A DNA stretch of 64,000 nt from Candidatus Iainarchaeum sp. (GCA_026414365.1 JAOAJD010000001.1:314144-378143), one strand, 5' to 3'; positions 47,896-57,960 are shown, numbered from the stretch's first letter. Made by a program: numbers and translations. The notes: generated by a model from the sequence alone, not told the origin.

Positions 47896-48951
47896 ATGAA
47901 AACAGAAAAAAGGAAATTAGAGCATTTAGAGATATGTTTGAATAAAGATGTTAATTTTAAGGAAAAAACAACAATGCTTGAAGATGTTGAATTGATATAC
48001 AAAGCTTTGCCAGAAATTAGCAAAAAAGAAATTTCTTTAAAAACAACTTTTTTAGAGAAGGATTTTGATTTACCTTTTATGGTTTCTGCCATCACAGGAG
48101 GTACAAAAAAAGCAGAGCAGATAAACAAAGATATTGCAAAGGCTTGTCAAGCTTTAGGCATAGCTATGCAATTAGGAAGTCAAAGAGCAATGTTAGAAGA
48201 CAATTCCCTGACAGAAACTTATTTTGTAAGAGATGTTGCACCTGATATTTTTTTGTTAGGGAATATAGGTGTTGCTCAATTAGAGAAGTATTCAATAAAC
48301 GAAATAAAAAATATGCTTGATTCTGTTGAAGCAAATGCTTTATGTGTTCATATAAATGCAGCTCAGGAAATAATCCAGAAAGAGGGTGATCATGATTTTA
48401 GAGGCATGGTGAAAAGGATAAAGAGGCTTGCAGATCAATTACCTTATCCAATAGTTGTGAAGGAAGTTGGCCACGGCATAAGTAGAGAAATTGCTTCCGA
48501 GCTTGCTAAAACTAAGATAAGTGCTATAGATATTCAAGGTTCAGGTGGAACTTCTTGGATTATGGTTGACGCTTATAGAGACAAAAATTCTTTTGTTCTG
48601 GGAAAGATATTCAGAGATTTTGGCATACCTACTGCAGCATCCTTGTTAGAGGTTAGATCAGTGTTTAAAAGGCCAATAATTGCAAGTGGCGGAATAAGGA
48701 ATGGTTTGGAATGTGCTAAGTGTTTTGCTCTAGGTGCTTCTCTTTGTGGTTTAGCTTTGCCTGTTTTAAGAGCACAGTCAAAACAAGGTTTTAAAGGTGT
48801 AGAAAGATTATTCAATAATTTAGCTGAAGAATTGAAGATAGCAATGTTTATGACTGGCTCAAAAAATATAGAGGATCTTAAAAAAGCAGATTATATTTTA
48901 AAAGATAATCTTGCTTTTTGGTATAACCAAAGAATAAAGGGTCTTATTTGA
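47896..48951 (+). CDS. fni: Type 2 isopentenyl-diphosphate isomerase
   Basis: RKLEH, ITGG, GSQRA, VKEVGHG, GGTSW, ASGGIR. Confidence 0.94.
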   Translation: MKTEKRKLEHLEICLNKDVNFKEKTTMLEDVELIYKALPEISKKEISLKTTFLEKDFDLPFMVSAITGGTKKAEQINKDIAKACQALGIAMQLGSQRAMLEDNSLTETYFVRDVAPDIFLLGNIGVAQLEKYSINEIKNMLDSVEANALCVHINAAQEIIQKEGDHDFRGMVKRIKRLADQLPYPIVVKEVGHGISREIASELAKTKISAIDIQGSGGTSWIMVDAYRDKNSFVLGKIFRDFGIPTAASLLEVRSVFKRPIIASGGIRNGLECAKCFALGASLCGLALPVLRAQSKQGFKGVERLFNNLAEELKIAMFMTGSKNIEDLKKADYILKDNLAFWYNQRIKGLI

Positions 48952-49967
48952 AATTTAAGCTTCCTTTTGAAAAAATAGATGAAAATAATTTAGATAATAT
49001 TGCAGAATATATTTTTGAAAAGCTTAAAGATTATGAGTTCAGTTCTTTTATGGTTGGTTTCTCTTTTGAGAAGGGAATAGATGAAAATATAAAGAAGGAT
49101 TTTAGAAGAAAGATACAATACAATTTAACAAAAAAGCTTAGCAACTTATTTTCAGTTTCTGTAAATTATAACAACCCTGACCTTTCTTTAATAGTAGATA
49201 TTAATAAAAAAAATTTTTCAATATACGTAAGACCCGTTTATCTTTTTGGTAGATATAAAAAGTACTCTAGAGAAATTTCACAAACTGTATTCTATTGTCC
49301 GTATTGTAAGGGCAGAGGTTGCTTAAAGTGTAATATGAAGGGTAAGTTAAACTATATTTCTATTGAGGAACTATTAAGAGATGAAATATTAACATGTTTC
49401 GAGGCAGAAAGATTGGTTTTTCATGGTGCGGGTAGAGAAGATATTGATGTTAGAATGCTAGGGAACGGCAGACCTTTTGTTGTCGAACTAATTGGGCCAA
49501 AAAAAAGAAATGTTAATTTACAGAACATTGTTAGAGAAATTAACAGATCGAATGAAAATAAATTCGAGCTGGTGGATTTACAATATTGCGATAAAGCTAA
49601 GATTGTTGAGATAAAGAATAGTAAGCATGATAAAAAATATTGCTTAATCGCAGAATCCGACAAGGCTATAGAAGACAGTTCATTAGATAACCTAAAAAAT
49701 ATTCTAAATAGAGAGCTTGTAATTTACCAAAGGACTCCTATAAGAGTCTCTGCCAGAAGAAGTGATGTTGTCAGAAGAAAAAAAATTAGTTTAATTTCTT
49801 TTGAGAAAATAGATGAAAGATCTATAAGAGTTGTATTAGTTGCAGAACATGGCACTTATATAAAAGAATTTGTTAGTTCTGACAATGGCAGAACAAAACC
49901 AAGTTTAAGCTCGATTTTGGGTTTAAATTTATTGTGTAAAGAATTGGATGTTTTAGAAATTATTTAA
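48948..49967 (+). CDS. pus10: tRNA pseudouridine(54/55) synthase Pus10
   Basis: GRYKKYSR..QT, FHGAGREDIDVRMLGNGRPF, GTYIKEFV..DNGRTKPS, ELDV. Confidence 0.92.
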   Translation: MKFKLPFEKIDENNLDNIAEYIFEKLKDYEFSSFMVGFSFEKGIDENIKKDFRRKIQYNLTKKLSNLFSVSVNYNNPDLSLIVDINKKNFSIYVRPVYLFGRYKKYSREISQTVFYCPYCKGRGCLKCNMKGKLNYISIEELLRDEILTCFEAERLVFHGAGREDIDVRMLGNGRPFVVELIGPKKRNVNLQNIVREINRSNENKFELVDLQYCDKAKIVEIKNSKHDKKYCLIAESDKAIEDSSLDNLKNILNRELVIYQRTPIRVSARRSDVVRRKKISLISFEKIDERSIRVVLVAEHGTYIKEFVSSDNGRTKPSLSSILGLNLLCKELDVLEII

Positions 49968-50007
49968 AAAGTTAACTTTACTTTATAGATAGACATTTTT
50001 TTTAAAA

Positions 50008-50865
50008 TTATTTTGTTTTTAATTCATCTAAAATTTTTCTTACTCTGTATACTTCTAGATTTTTATCTTTCGCAAAATCATCAATTAATTTTTTGATACT
50101 CTGTTTTTTTTCTCCACAACCAATGGCTTTGTAATCTACTACTATTGCCTCAACTTTTTCTACTGTTTTTTCATATGCTTGGGCCAACATCTCAAAATCC
50201 AACTCATTTAAAGAGTATTCGGGGCACATATGCCCTAATGCAAAGTTTGTCCTTAGCATAAGCTTTGTAAATTCTTTATTATAGTGCATACCACCAATAC
50301 CTATTGCTGCTTTTATTTCTTTTTCAATTATAGTTTTTTCTATTATTGTTTCTGCTATAATATTTGCGGCTTTTTCATCACCATAATGTTCTTCTCTACT
50401 GCCTAACTCTATAAAAACAGAACACTTATCTACTGTTGGACCGTGATGAGTCTGCTCTATTACTACTTCGCATTCATTTTTATCTGCTTTTTGATTAAGG
50501 TTCCTTATATAATTCCTTATTATACTAGCAGATGTTTTTGACAACGTTCTATTTTTGCCGCCAAAATTAGCTTTCCCCCAATTACCAGGTGCGTGAACTG
50601 TTAAAGTCTTAGGTCCATTTTTTGAAGAATGTTTAGATGCAAAGATAATCATATCTTCATTCAAATTGTTAACAATATCGGCAAAAACTAAATTTTCTTT
50701 TATTGTAAATAGTTTGAATTGGTTATTTTTGAAAACTATGTTGTTATCAAAAATTTCTTCAGTTTCCTTAAAGTCAAAATTTTCAATAAGTTTCTTTCTT
50801 ACAATCATACTTGCCTTATCTACCTCTGAGCAAACTATGGCGCATTTGTTAAGCATTTCAAACAC
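50008..50865 (-). CDS. dtdA: D-aminoacyl-tRNA deacylase (archaeal DTD2)
   Basis: FASKHSS, LTVHAPGN, EQTHHGP, FIELGS, GIGGMHY. Confidence 0.88.
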   Translation of the reverse strand: MFEMLNKCAIVCSEVDKASMIVRKKLIENFDFKETEEIFDNNIVFKNNQFKLFTIKENLVFADIVNNLNEDMIIFASKHSSKNGPKTLTVHAPGNWGKANFGGKNRTLSKTSASIIRNYIRNLNQKADKNECEVVIEQTHHGPTVDKCSVFIELGSREEHYGDEKAANIIAETIIEKTIIEKEIKAAIGIGGMHYNKEFTKLMLRTNFALGHMCPEYSLNELDFEMLAQAYEKTVEKVEAIVVDYKAIGCGEKKQSIKKLIDDFAKDKNLEVYRVRKILDELKTK

Positions 50866-50964
50866 ATCTTTAGATTTTGATAATTTTATTTATATTATTT
50901 ATATCTTTTTACTAAAAGACTAAAAACAAAAACCTTTTAAACTTTAGAAAGTATCTCTTATTTA

Positions 50965-51081
50965 ATGCCAATAAGACCAAAAACAAAGCCTAGGTCTATA
51001 TTAAAAACAATAAATGAAGCAGCTAGTGTTACAAATATTTTTCTTAAAAGTAAACTTAAATCAGTCAAGAATAAAAAGTAA
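50965..51081 (+). CDS. 38-aa basic ORF MPIRPKTKPRS... (small protein or truncated gene remnant; not in ORF track)
   Basis: Hand translation; the basic MP leader resembles neighbouring orphans. Confidence 0.3.
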   Translation: MPIRPKTKPRSILKTINEAASVTNIFLKSKLKSVKNKK

Positions 51082-51280
51082 GATTAAGTAATGTTTTTGG
51101 AAGCTTGCAATACAGTACTAATATTAACAATTACAATTTTAATATACACTTAAAAAAATTTTTTGTTGGAGTAAAACTTAACACACAGAATTAATAATGG
51201 GTTCTCTTTTTTTATTTGTTTTAATTGGGCCTTAACTCATTATACATAATAAATATTAATTTAATTTTATTCTATGTTTT

Positions 51281-51781
51281 CTAATTCTTATATTTTTCTT
51301 TAAGTTTTTCAAGAGCTAGTGCTATTTTATCGTTTATTTTTTTTATTCTAGTTGCAACTTTTTCTTCATACCCTAGTTTAATATCATCTTTGTTCCCAAT
51401 TTCAGCACTGCAAATAAAGTATTTTTTCCCTCTTTTCTCTAATAATCCTAAATCACACAGATTTTTCAGATGATATCTTACTAGCTTGTTACTAACTTTG
51501 ATATTCTTTCTTTTCATTTCTTCATAAACTTGATCAGCTTCTATTGCTTCATTGTTAAAAGAATTGTTGAATACAATATCTAAAATATCAATAATTTTAT
51601 TTCTTGAATCGTTTGGTGCAACTAATCCAAAAGCAAGAGCAAACCATCTTAACATACTCTTTTTTGTTAACATAACTTCTGTAGGTAATTCCATATCTCT
51701 CAAAACATAAGTAACTCTTATGAGTTCCCTTTCTGGTTTTGTTTTTTCATAATTTTTTAGTTTTGTTTTATTTTCCTCCAT
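51281..51781 (-). CDS. Hypothetical winged-helix protein
   Basis: VSNKLVRYHLKNLCDLGLLEKRGKKY ArsR-like wHTH. Confidence 0.7.
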   Translation of the reverse strand: MEENKTKLKNYEKTKPERELIRVTYVLRDMELPTEVMLTKKSMLRWFALAFGLVAPNDSRNKIIDILDIVFNNSFNNEAIEADQVYEEMKRKNIKVSNKLVRYHLKNLCDLGLLEKRGKKYFICSAEIGNKDDIKLGYEEKVATRIKKINDKIALALEKLKEKYKN

Positions 51782-51915
51782 AATTATTCTCTTCCTTAAG
51801 GTTTGTGTATTATATATTTTTTAAATTTCAAAATACTTATTTCCTTTTCAAAAAAAATATTTCTAAAGTTTTAAAATAATATCTTTTTAATATTCCATTT
51901 CAAAGAATTTTTTCA

Positions 51916-52542
51916 TTATTTTTTTGCAACAATTCCTAAAGCCTTCTCATTTTTAACAATATTCTTAAAACCAACTTTTTTCAGTCTTTTTATTATTCCT
52001 TTTGTGATATCCAAACCCCTCTTTTTATACGGACTACCAACATAATGAAACAAAATACCTTCATTTTTTAGGACTCTATAAAATTCATAGTATAATCTTT
52101 TGCTGTATAATTCGCCTGCAATTCTAAATGAAGGAGGATCATGTAAAATTCTATCAAAAAAATTATTATCAAATTCTTTTATTCCTTCTTCTATAGGCCT
52201 ATTTATTATCTCAATTTTTTTATCCTCAAAGGCTTTTTTACTAAATTCATTCTTTTTTGCAATCTCTAATACATTTTTATCTTTTTCAAAACATATGACT
52301 TTTTCAACTTCCTCGCTTTTTGCAATCTCCATTGCAGTATATCCTAAACCAAAACAACTGTCTAAAATCGTTCCTTTCAATGGCGATATTGCATTTACCA
52401 TTTCCATAGTGCTTTTTCTTATTCCTTCATTTACGCAATGCATTCTTATGCCAGAAATTTCCAAACAAGGCAAGTCTCCGTCTATTTTTCTAAGCTTGTA
52501 ATATTTCTTTGTTTCTTCAGAAAAGAAGCTTATTTCTTTCAT
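51916..52542 (-). CDS. SAM-dependent methyltransferase (archaeal COG2521-like)
   Basis: LEISGIRMH, ILDSCFGLGYTA, ILHDPP, LFHYVG. Confidence 0.85.
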   Translation of the reverse strand: MKEISFFSEETKKYYKLRKIDGDLPCLEISGIRMHCVNEGIRKSTMEMVNAISPLKGTILDSCFGLGYTAMEIAKSEEVEKVICFEKDKNVLEIAKKNEFSKKAFEDKKIEIINRPIEEGIKEFDNNFFDRILHDPPSFRIAGELYSKRLYYEFYRVLKNEGILFHYVGSPYKKRGLDITKGIIKRLKKVGFKNIVKNEKALGIVAKK

Positions 52543-52608
52543 TTTTATATTTTGAATTTTTATATTATTATAGTTTGCTTTTTATTGATTTTGGTAACTA
52601 TACTTATC

Positions 52609-52806
52609 ATGGCTCGTAATTATTTTAATAGACCATCTAAAAGAAAAACCTTCCCGGGTACAAACATTCAACCCAGACAGAGTAAGGCAAATATGAAAAG
52701 ATCTAAAAGAATAGATTACTCAAGAATTTTCCCAGCTAATCCTGATAATGTTATTGCAAGTTTGTACGAACAATCACGGAAGGCCAAAATTAAAAAAAAA
52801 CCTTGA
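52609..52806 (+). CDS. Basic orphan, probable 5' part of a gene interrupted at an A9 run
   Basis: ATG 52609 MARNYFNRPSKRK...; ends at AAA AAA AAA CCT TGA, overlapping the next ORF in the -1 frame. Confidence 0.5.
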   Translation: MARNYFNRPSKRKTFPGTNIQPRQSKANMKRSKRIDYSRIFPANPDNVIASLYEQSRKAKIKKKP

Positions 52807-53396
52807 AGGAACAGAATATTAGGGATAAGGACAACATTGCAAACAAAGGAAAACAGGGACTAACTAGGGATCAAGAAAGAGTTTATGATTTTGAAACAGC
52901 GGATGCTCACCTGTATAATCAATATGTTACTTTTAAAAAGCCTACTAAAGTTATTAGTTCTAATGTATTGCTTCATCACAGTTCTAAGGAAGCAATTATA
53001 GATACTTTGACAAAAATGGCAGAAAGTGGGCAAAATGTTTCTTTAGATAGGATAACGTTTAATAGAGAAAGAAAAAAAGATGGAACTATCGTTGAAAATA
53101 TTTTTGTTGATAACAAACCTTTAGATATATTTCTAAAAGAGGCACAAAGAGAGTCTAAAGGGATAAACAGAATCCCCGAGCAATCAGTAACTAATTTACT
53201 TTGTTGTTTAAGCAGGTTTTGTCAAGATTATGGCTATCTTTATGCTTTGGAGAGAATATTTAAATATTCTGACTATTTGCTAATAAAAGCTTTAGAAGAG
53301 GGAGGTATTACTCATTCTAAGATTTTACAAGAGAGAGAAAATAGAAAGAAAGTAATCTCTCATTTTACTGAAAAGTTTTGGAGGGGGGACATTTGA
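52803..53396 (+). CDS. Orphan, probable 3' part of the same interrupted gene
   Basis: Frame opens inside the A9 run at 52792-52800; only a TTG start with no SD. Confidence 0.55.
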   Translation: MKEQNIRDKDNIANKGKQGLTRDQERVYDFETADAHLYNQYVTFKKPTKVISSNVLLHHSSKEAIIDTLTKMAESGQNVSLDRITFNRERKKDGTIVENIFVDNKPLDIFLKEAQRESKGINRIPEQSVTNLLCCLSRFCQDYGYLYALERIFKYSDYLLIKALEEGGITHSKILQERENRKKVISHFTEKFWRGDI

Positions 53397-53490
53397 ACAA
53401 AGTTTTCGTCAACAACTATTGTTTTTTAATATCTTTAACACTATTTTTTAATGGTTTATTTGTAATGATTAATACAAAGTGGTGATAGAT

Positions 53491-53844
53491 ATGATTGATA
53501 TTAACTATTACTTTAATCCTCTAAGATTAGTTATATCGAGGAAGGAGCCTACCAAACTAGTGATTGAGCTTGAAAATAGAGATATATCCGAAAAAGAGAT
53601 TTCTGTAGCAATAGTATTACCTAAAGAATTAGCTTTCGGAAAAGGCAAATTTAAAAGAGATTTAGTTGAAAGATTTAAAGGATTTAAGCCACAAGAAAAG
53701 AAGATTTTAACCTACGAGATATTCCCTAATATCCCTTATATAAGACCTGGTGAATATAAAATAAAACTAGTTGTTAGTGAATACACAAGGCCGAACATTG
53801 CAGATAGGCAGCAAGTTAAGGAATTAACTCTCATTGTTTCATAA
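53491..53844 (+). CDS. Hypothetical beta-sandwich (Ig-like) protein
   Basis: Alternating beta pattern, PGEYKIKLVV; GGTGA SD. Confidence 0.65.
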   Translation: MIDINYYFNPLRLVISRKEPTKLVIELENRDISEKEISVAIVLPKELAFGKGKFKRDLVERFKGFKPQEKKILTYEIFPNIPYIRPGEYKIKLVVSEYTRPNIADRQQVKELTLIVS

Positions 53845-54031
53845 TCAATTTTAGTGTCAATTTTAGTGTTATAGATATTTGGTTTATAAGCAATTTATTT
53901 TAATCTTTGTGTTTGTGGATGTTAGTAAAAGATCAACAATATAAAGTATTAAAATAAAAAAAAAGAGTATTATTTGTATAAACAATATTTTTTTAAATAA
54001 AGAATTAAGATTGTGTTTTTGAGGTGGTTTT

Positions 54032-54934
54032 GTGCCAAAACCAAAAAATTTTTTCGGTAAACCTCCTGAAAGAAAACAAAAAGACGTAACTAAAATAAAT
54101 CCTGAAAAAGAACAAAAGAAGTTTTTTAAAAAAACTGAACAAAGAAGGCGATTTTTAATTAAACCAATACCAAAAGAGCCTGTTTTAGATCTTAAGATTC
54201 CTTATCTGCAAAGAGGAGAGTATACTACTAAGCTTTTCGGTTTGCAAACATTAAAAAAATTTGGAACAAGATTTGGTAGGGTTTTGGATTATGTGGTTTA
54301 TAATGATGCGAGCCAATTTTCTATTAAGCATTTTCCAGATCCCACTAAAGGAAGACTTTTGATAAGGACTGATCCTAATACTTATAAAAATATTCAAACG
54401 ATGGAGCAATGGGCTACTATGCCAAGAACTATTTTGGATCTTAATAATATAAAGCCTTCAGAATCGACAAGAATTGTTAAAAAATGGATGACTTCAGCTA
54501 GTAAAAGTCACCCCAATATTAGGTTTATTATACATAAAGTTAGAAATCTGGATGAATATGCTAAAAATTATCAGCTCAATATAGATCTTAATTCAAACTT
54601 AGTGAGATTATTTGTAAGACCATCTTGTTCAGCCGTCTTTAGAGATGAACCAACAGAGCAGATAATTTTTCATATAGATGACAAACTTTATGAAGTAGTT
54701 CTGCACGATCCCACTGACTTTAAAAATAGATATTATAGATCACAGATCAATTCTATAGTAGGAGATGAGAGATTGGCTTCAACGATTTTATCAATGACTA
54801 ATTATTTTATTTTTGACTATCTTGTATGCGAAGGTTACAAAAGATGCAAAAAAATGGAGGTTTCTTTCGTTACTTACAAAGATAATCCCGCTGAAATTGA
54901 ATTTTATGATCTGTTGTTGGGTAAAGATTTTTGA
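54032..54934 (+). CDS. Orphan protein with a basic Pro/Lys-rich N-terminal leader
   Basis: GAGGTG SD and GTG start; MPKPKNFFGKPPERK; globular C-terminal region. Confidence 0.7.
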   Translation: MPKPKNFFGKPPERKQKDVTKINPEKEQKKFFKKTEQRRRFLIKPIPKEPVLDLKIPYLQRGEYTTKLFGLQTLKKFGTRFGRVLDYVVYNDASQFSIKHFPDPTKGRLLIRTDPNTYKNIQTMEQWATMPRTILDLNNIKPSESTRIVKKWMTSASKSHPNIRFIIHKVRNLDEYAKNYQLNIDLNSNLVRLFVRPSCSAVFRDEPTEQIIFHIDDKLYEVVLHDPTDFKNRYYRSQINSIVGDERLASTILSMTNYFIFDYLVCEGYKRCKKMEVSFVTYKDNPAEIEFYDLLLGKDF

Positions 54935-55066
54935 TAAAAATTAAAGATTGATTTATTTAAAAATTTTCAATTTTCTCTTTTTTTCCTCTATTTTTGTCTA
55001 TTCTTCTTTACTCATTCCTATAAAAACATTAATATTTAACAAAGAGTAAAAATTTAGTGAGAATTC

Positions 55067-55402
55067 ATGCCACTTTATAAAGGAAAAACAAAAAAATTTA
55101 GAATAATTAAAATATTGCCTCCTAATAAAAGACAAACTAAGAGGCGTATTGTGGAAGTTTATGATGATCACAACAATCTGTTGTATCGAGGAAAAGAAAA
55201 AAGAAAATATAGAGAGAAAACTTTTTTTGATTCTAAACTTTCGCAGTCATATCTCTTTAAATTAAACGAAAAGAAAATAGGCACACGAAGAAAATTGTTT
55301 TTAAAAGAGTACGCTAAGCAGTTCGGTGAATTTTTACCAAAAAATATATTTATTGATTTAAGAGACAAAAAACAAGTCAGAAAAATAGTTGAAAATGAAT
55401 AA
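55067..55402 (+). CDS. Highly basic orphan protein
   Basis: MPLYKGKTKKFRII...; K/R-rich throughout. Confidence 0.6.
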   Translation: MPLYKGKTKKFRIIKILPPNKRQTKRRIVEVYDDHNNLLYRGKEKRKYREKTFFDSKLSQSYLFKLNEKKIGTRRKLFLKEYAKQFGEFLPKNIFIDLRDKKQVRKIVENE

Positions 55403-55420
55403 TTTTTTAGATGTGATTTT

Positions 55421-56254
55421 ATGCCAAAATACGGAAATAGAAAAGGTCCCAAAACTGAAGTAAGGAGATATCCAATAATAGGGGCTGGCGGGCAAAAAAA
55501 AGGATTTCTTGAAATAACACCAGAAGGAAGAAGGCTAATGAAAAAGAAAGGCATAAAACTTTCGGAGATAATTTTTAGAGGTAAGAAGGTAGAAGGTGTT
55601 AGTCATATAAATTTAGTTGATTTTTACAAAGGATCTGTAATAAAACAATTAGTCGAACCAATTACTTTTAAACACCATACTGCTGAGTTTGGTTCTATTC
55701 TAAAGCAAAGAGAGGTAAGTAAAAAAGTAGTAGTACCATTAGGTAGGCTTGTTGGTGAAAATGTTTATTTTTCTGCAGTTGTTGAGTTAAAAGGCTTTAA
55801 ACCGTCAACACAAGTTATACATAATTTATCAAAGGAACAAAGGAAATTACTCTTTGAAGAAGTAAAAAAAGAATACAAAAAACTATTAGATGCAGATCTT
55901 TTGCCTATGGATATAAGACCACCTCAAATTTTGTTAAAGGTTAGTAAATCAGGTAAAGTTGATTTTAGATTTATAGATACCTCTATTTTACCAACTTCAA
56001 AAGAGATGATATGGGAACTTTTTAATCAACTTGGTATGAAAAGTCTCGCGGATTCTCTTGAAAAATATCTAGAGAGAAAGGGAATATACGAATATGCTAA
56101 TACTATATATAATCTTAAAGAAAGATTACAATATATTAATACGGAAGCTATCAATTGGTATGAAAGTCTCCCTTTGGATATAAAACACAAGTTAGCTGAA
56201 AAATATTATGAAATAAAAATGGAAGAGCTCGCGCATCTGTGGAAAATCAAATAA
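55421..56254 (+). CDS. Protein-kinase-like fold protein with a basic N-terminal leader
   Basis: Gly-rich IIGAGGQKKG, catalytic-loop-like LPMDIRPPQILL, DFG-like FRFIDT. Confidence 0.6.
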   Translation: MPKYGNRKGPKTEVRRYPIIGAGGQKKGFLEITPEGRRLMKKKGIKLSEIIFRGKKVEGVSHINLVDFYKGSVIKQLVEPITFKHHTAEFGSILKQREVSKKVVVPLGRLVGENVYFSAVVELKGFKPSTQVIHNLSKEQRKLLFEEVKKEYKKLLDADLLPMDIRPPQILLKVSKSGKVDFRFIDTSILPTSKEMIWELFNQLGMKSLADSLEKYLERKGIYEYANTIYNLKERLQYINTEAINWYESLPLDIKHKLAEKYYEIKMEELAHLWKIK

Positions 56255-56429
56255 TCAATAACATAGTATACATAATTACATAATCAAATAGACTCGATTT
56301 ATAAAAATTTTAACGATCTATAACAAACTTCTTTTTTATCCTTTTCTCCTTTTATCTTTTGATCTTTTGCTTTTTATATGTGGCATATTTTAGTTTATCG
56401 AATTTATTTTTTGTTTTGTTAATCTTCGT

Positions 56430-57192
56430 CATATGGCGTTTTTTTTATCATTTTTGAAGCTTTTTAAAATTTAAAAAATTTACAAATTTTCCTCCGTATT
56501 TTTTCAGCATAATGTTGATTATGCCGCAAATTATAGGAATAACAGGGGTTTAGACATGGACAATAAACGAGTATTTTAGGGCCAGAATTTGTATTTTTTT
56601 GTTTTTTTGGAGGTTTGAATTTGCTACTAATTATTGGTTTGTACATCATTGTTATGTATACCTACCATATAATCCACGAAATTAAATTTTTGCATATTAA
56701 GCAGACAAATAGGTTTTTGGAATTTTTACAAATTCTTTTTACAAATTCTGTAAAGTAAATGCAATGATCCCAAAGACTAAGAAAAACCCAATTAGACAAG
56801 AAAATTCAAGAAACTCTGTTAAAATATAGCCAAAATTTATTTTAAAATTTATTTTATTTCTAATAATATCAAACATCTCTTCAGCCTCCTTTATCCTTTT
56901 ATGTGCCTTTTTTCCTACAACTGTTATTTTCTAACCTTCATCTTCATTTTCTTTAGTTTAATAGGGATAGAAAGGTAGGTTAAAATTCAGAGCTAACAAT
57001 AGGAGCACCTCTCTGTTTTCCTTCCTTAACCCACCTTTCTAAAATCCCGTATTCTTCAGTAGTTTCACCCATTTTTCCTCTATTATATATTTTTGCCAAA
57101 CCCCACCCAAAATTATCTTTCTTATTTCTAGCTCTCATTTTAGTTATGGGTGGATTTCTAGGGTGGCTTTTTACAAAATTTATCCAATCCAT
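56430..57192. pseudogene. Fragmented coding-like remnants on both strands
   Basis: Short interrupted frames: membrane-like ILGPEFVFFCFFGGLNLLLIIG on +; MDWINF.. and KITVVGKKAHKRIKEAEE on -. Confidence 0.3.
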
Positions 57193-57445
57193 CTTTTTTT
57201 ATTAAGTACAAACTATATTTAAATAATTAACTTTAAAAAGATTACTAACTATACTTTTTATAGTTTATTTAATTTTACCAAACCTTAGAATCTCAGATGA
57301 ATAATAGTTTAGAAGTTAGACAAAATCAAATCAATAAATAAATATTCACAAAAAAAAACAATAGAAAAAAATTGTTAGAATTTAAAATAAGTTTTTAGAA
57401 TTAGGGACATAAAATATTTGATTTTTTAGTATTTGAGGTGTTTGT

Positions 57446-57763
57446 ATGCCAAAAAAGATAGAAAAAATATACTCTTTGCAGGAAGCCTTGAAGAAGATAG
57501 GCAAGAAGTATGATCTCTTGATAATAGATGCAATAAATCAACTCAATGGTAGAGCGAGGTTTAACCAAATTTTGACAGCCATACCTACAATAAACCCACG
57601 TATTTTATCGATGAGACTTAAAGATATGGAGAGAAATAGGTTATTAACAAAACATCTTATTTTAGGGACGCCAATTAAAACAGAATATGAATTAACAGAA
57701 AAATCAAAAGAATTAATCGAAATCATAGATAGGTTAAAACAATGGTATCAAAAGAACTGCTAA
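57446..57763 (+). CDS. HxlR-family winged-helix transcriptional regulator
   Basis: IGKKYDLLII, RFNQI..INPRILSMRLKDME, PIKTEYELTEK; GAGGTG SD. Confidence 0.88.
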   Translation: MPKKIEKIYSLQEALKKIGKKYDLLIIDAINQLNGRARFNQILTAIPTINPRILSMRLKDMERNRLLTKHLILGTPIKTEYELTEKSKELIEIIDRLKQWYQKNC

Positions 57764-57960
57764 TGATTTGTAAAAAACAAAAAAAAGAGGATATGCAACT
57801 AATTCCTTTAATTACAAACTCGCTGGTATTAGTTCCGAATAATTTTTGAAAATTTGACCTAATGAATATACCAAAAATCGAAAAAAAACAATTATGTATA
57901 ATATTATTCATATTATTTTGCTGAGTCTCTTTTTACCTTTTTAATCTCTTTTTAATAAAT

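Noticed and set aside
52438-52608. 5' extension of ORF 52438-52806
   Set aside because: It overlaps the methyltransferase antisense and crosses AT-rich promoter DNA; ATG 52609 is the more plausible start.
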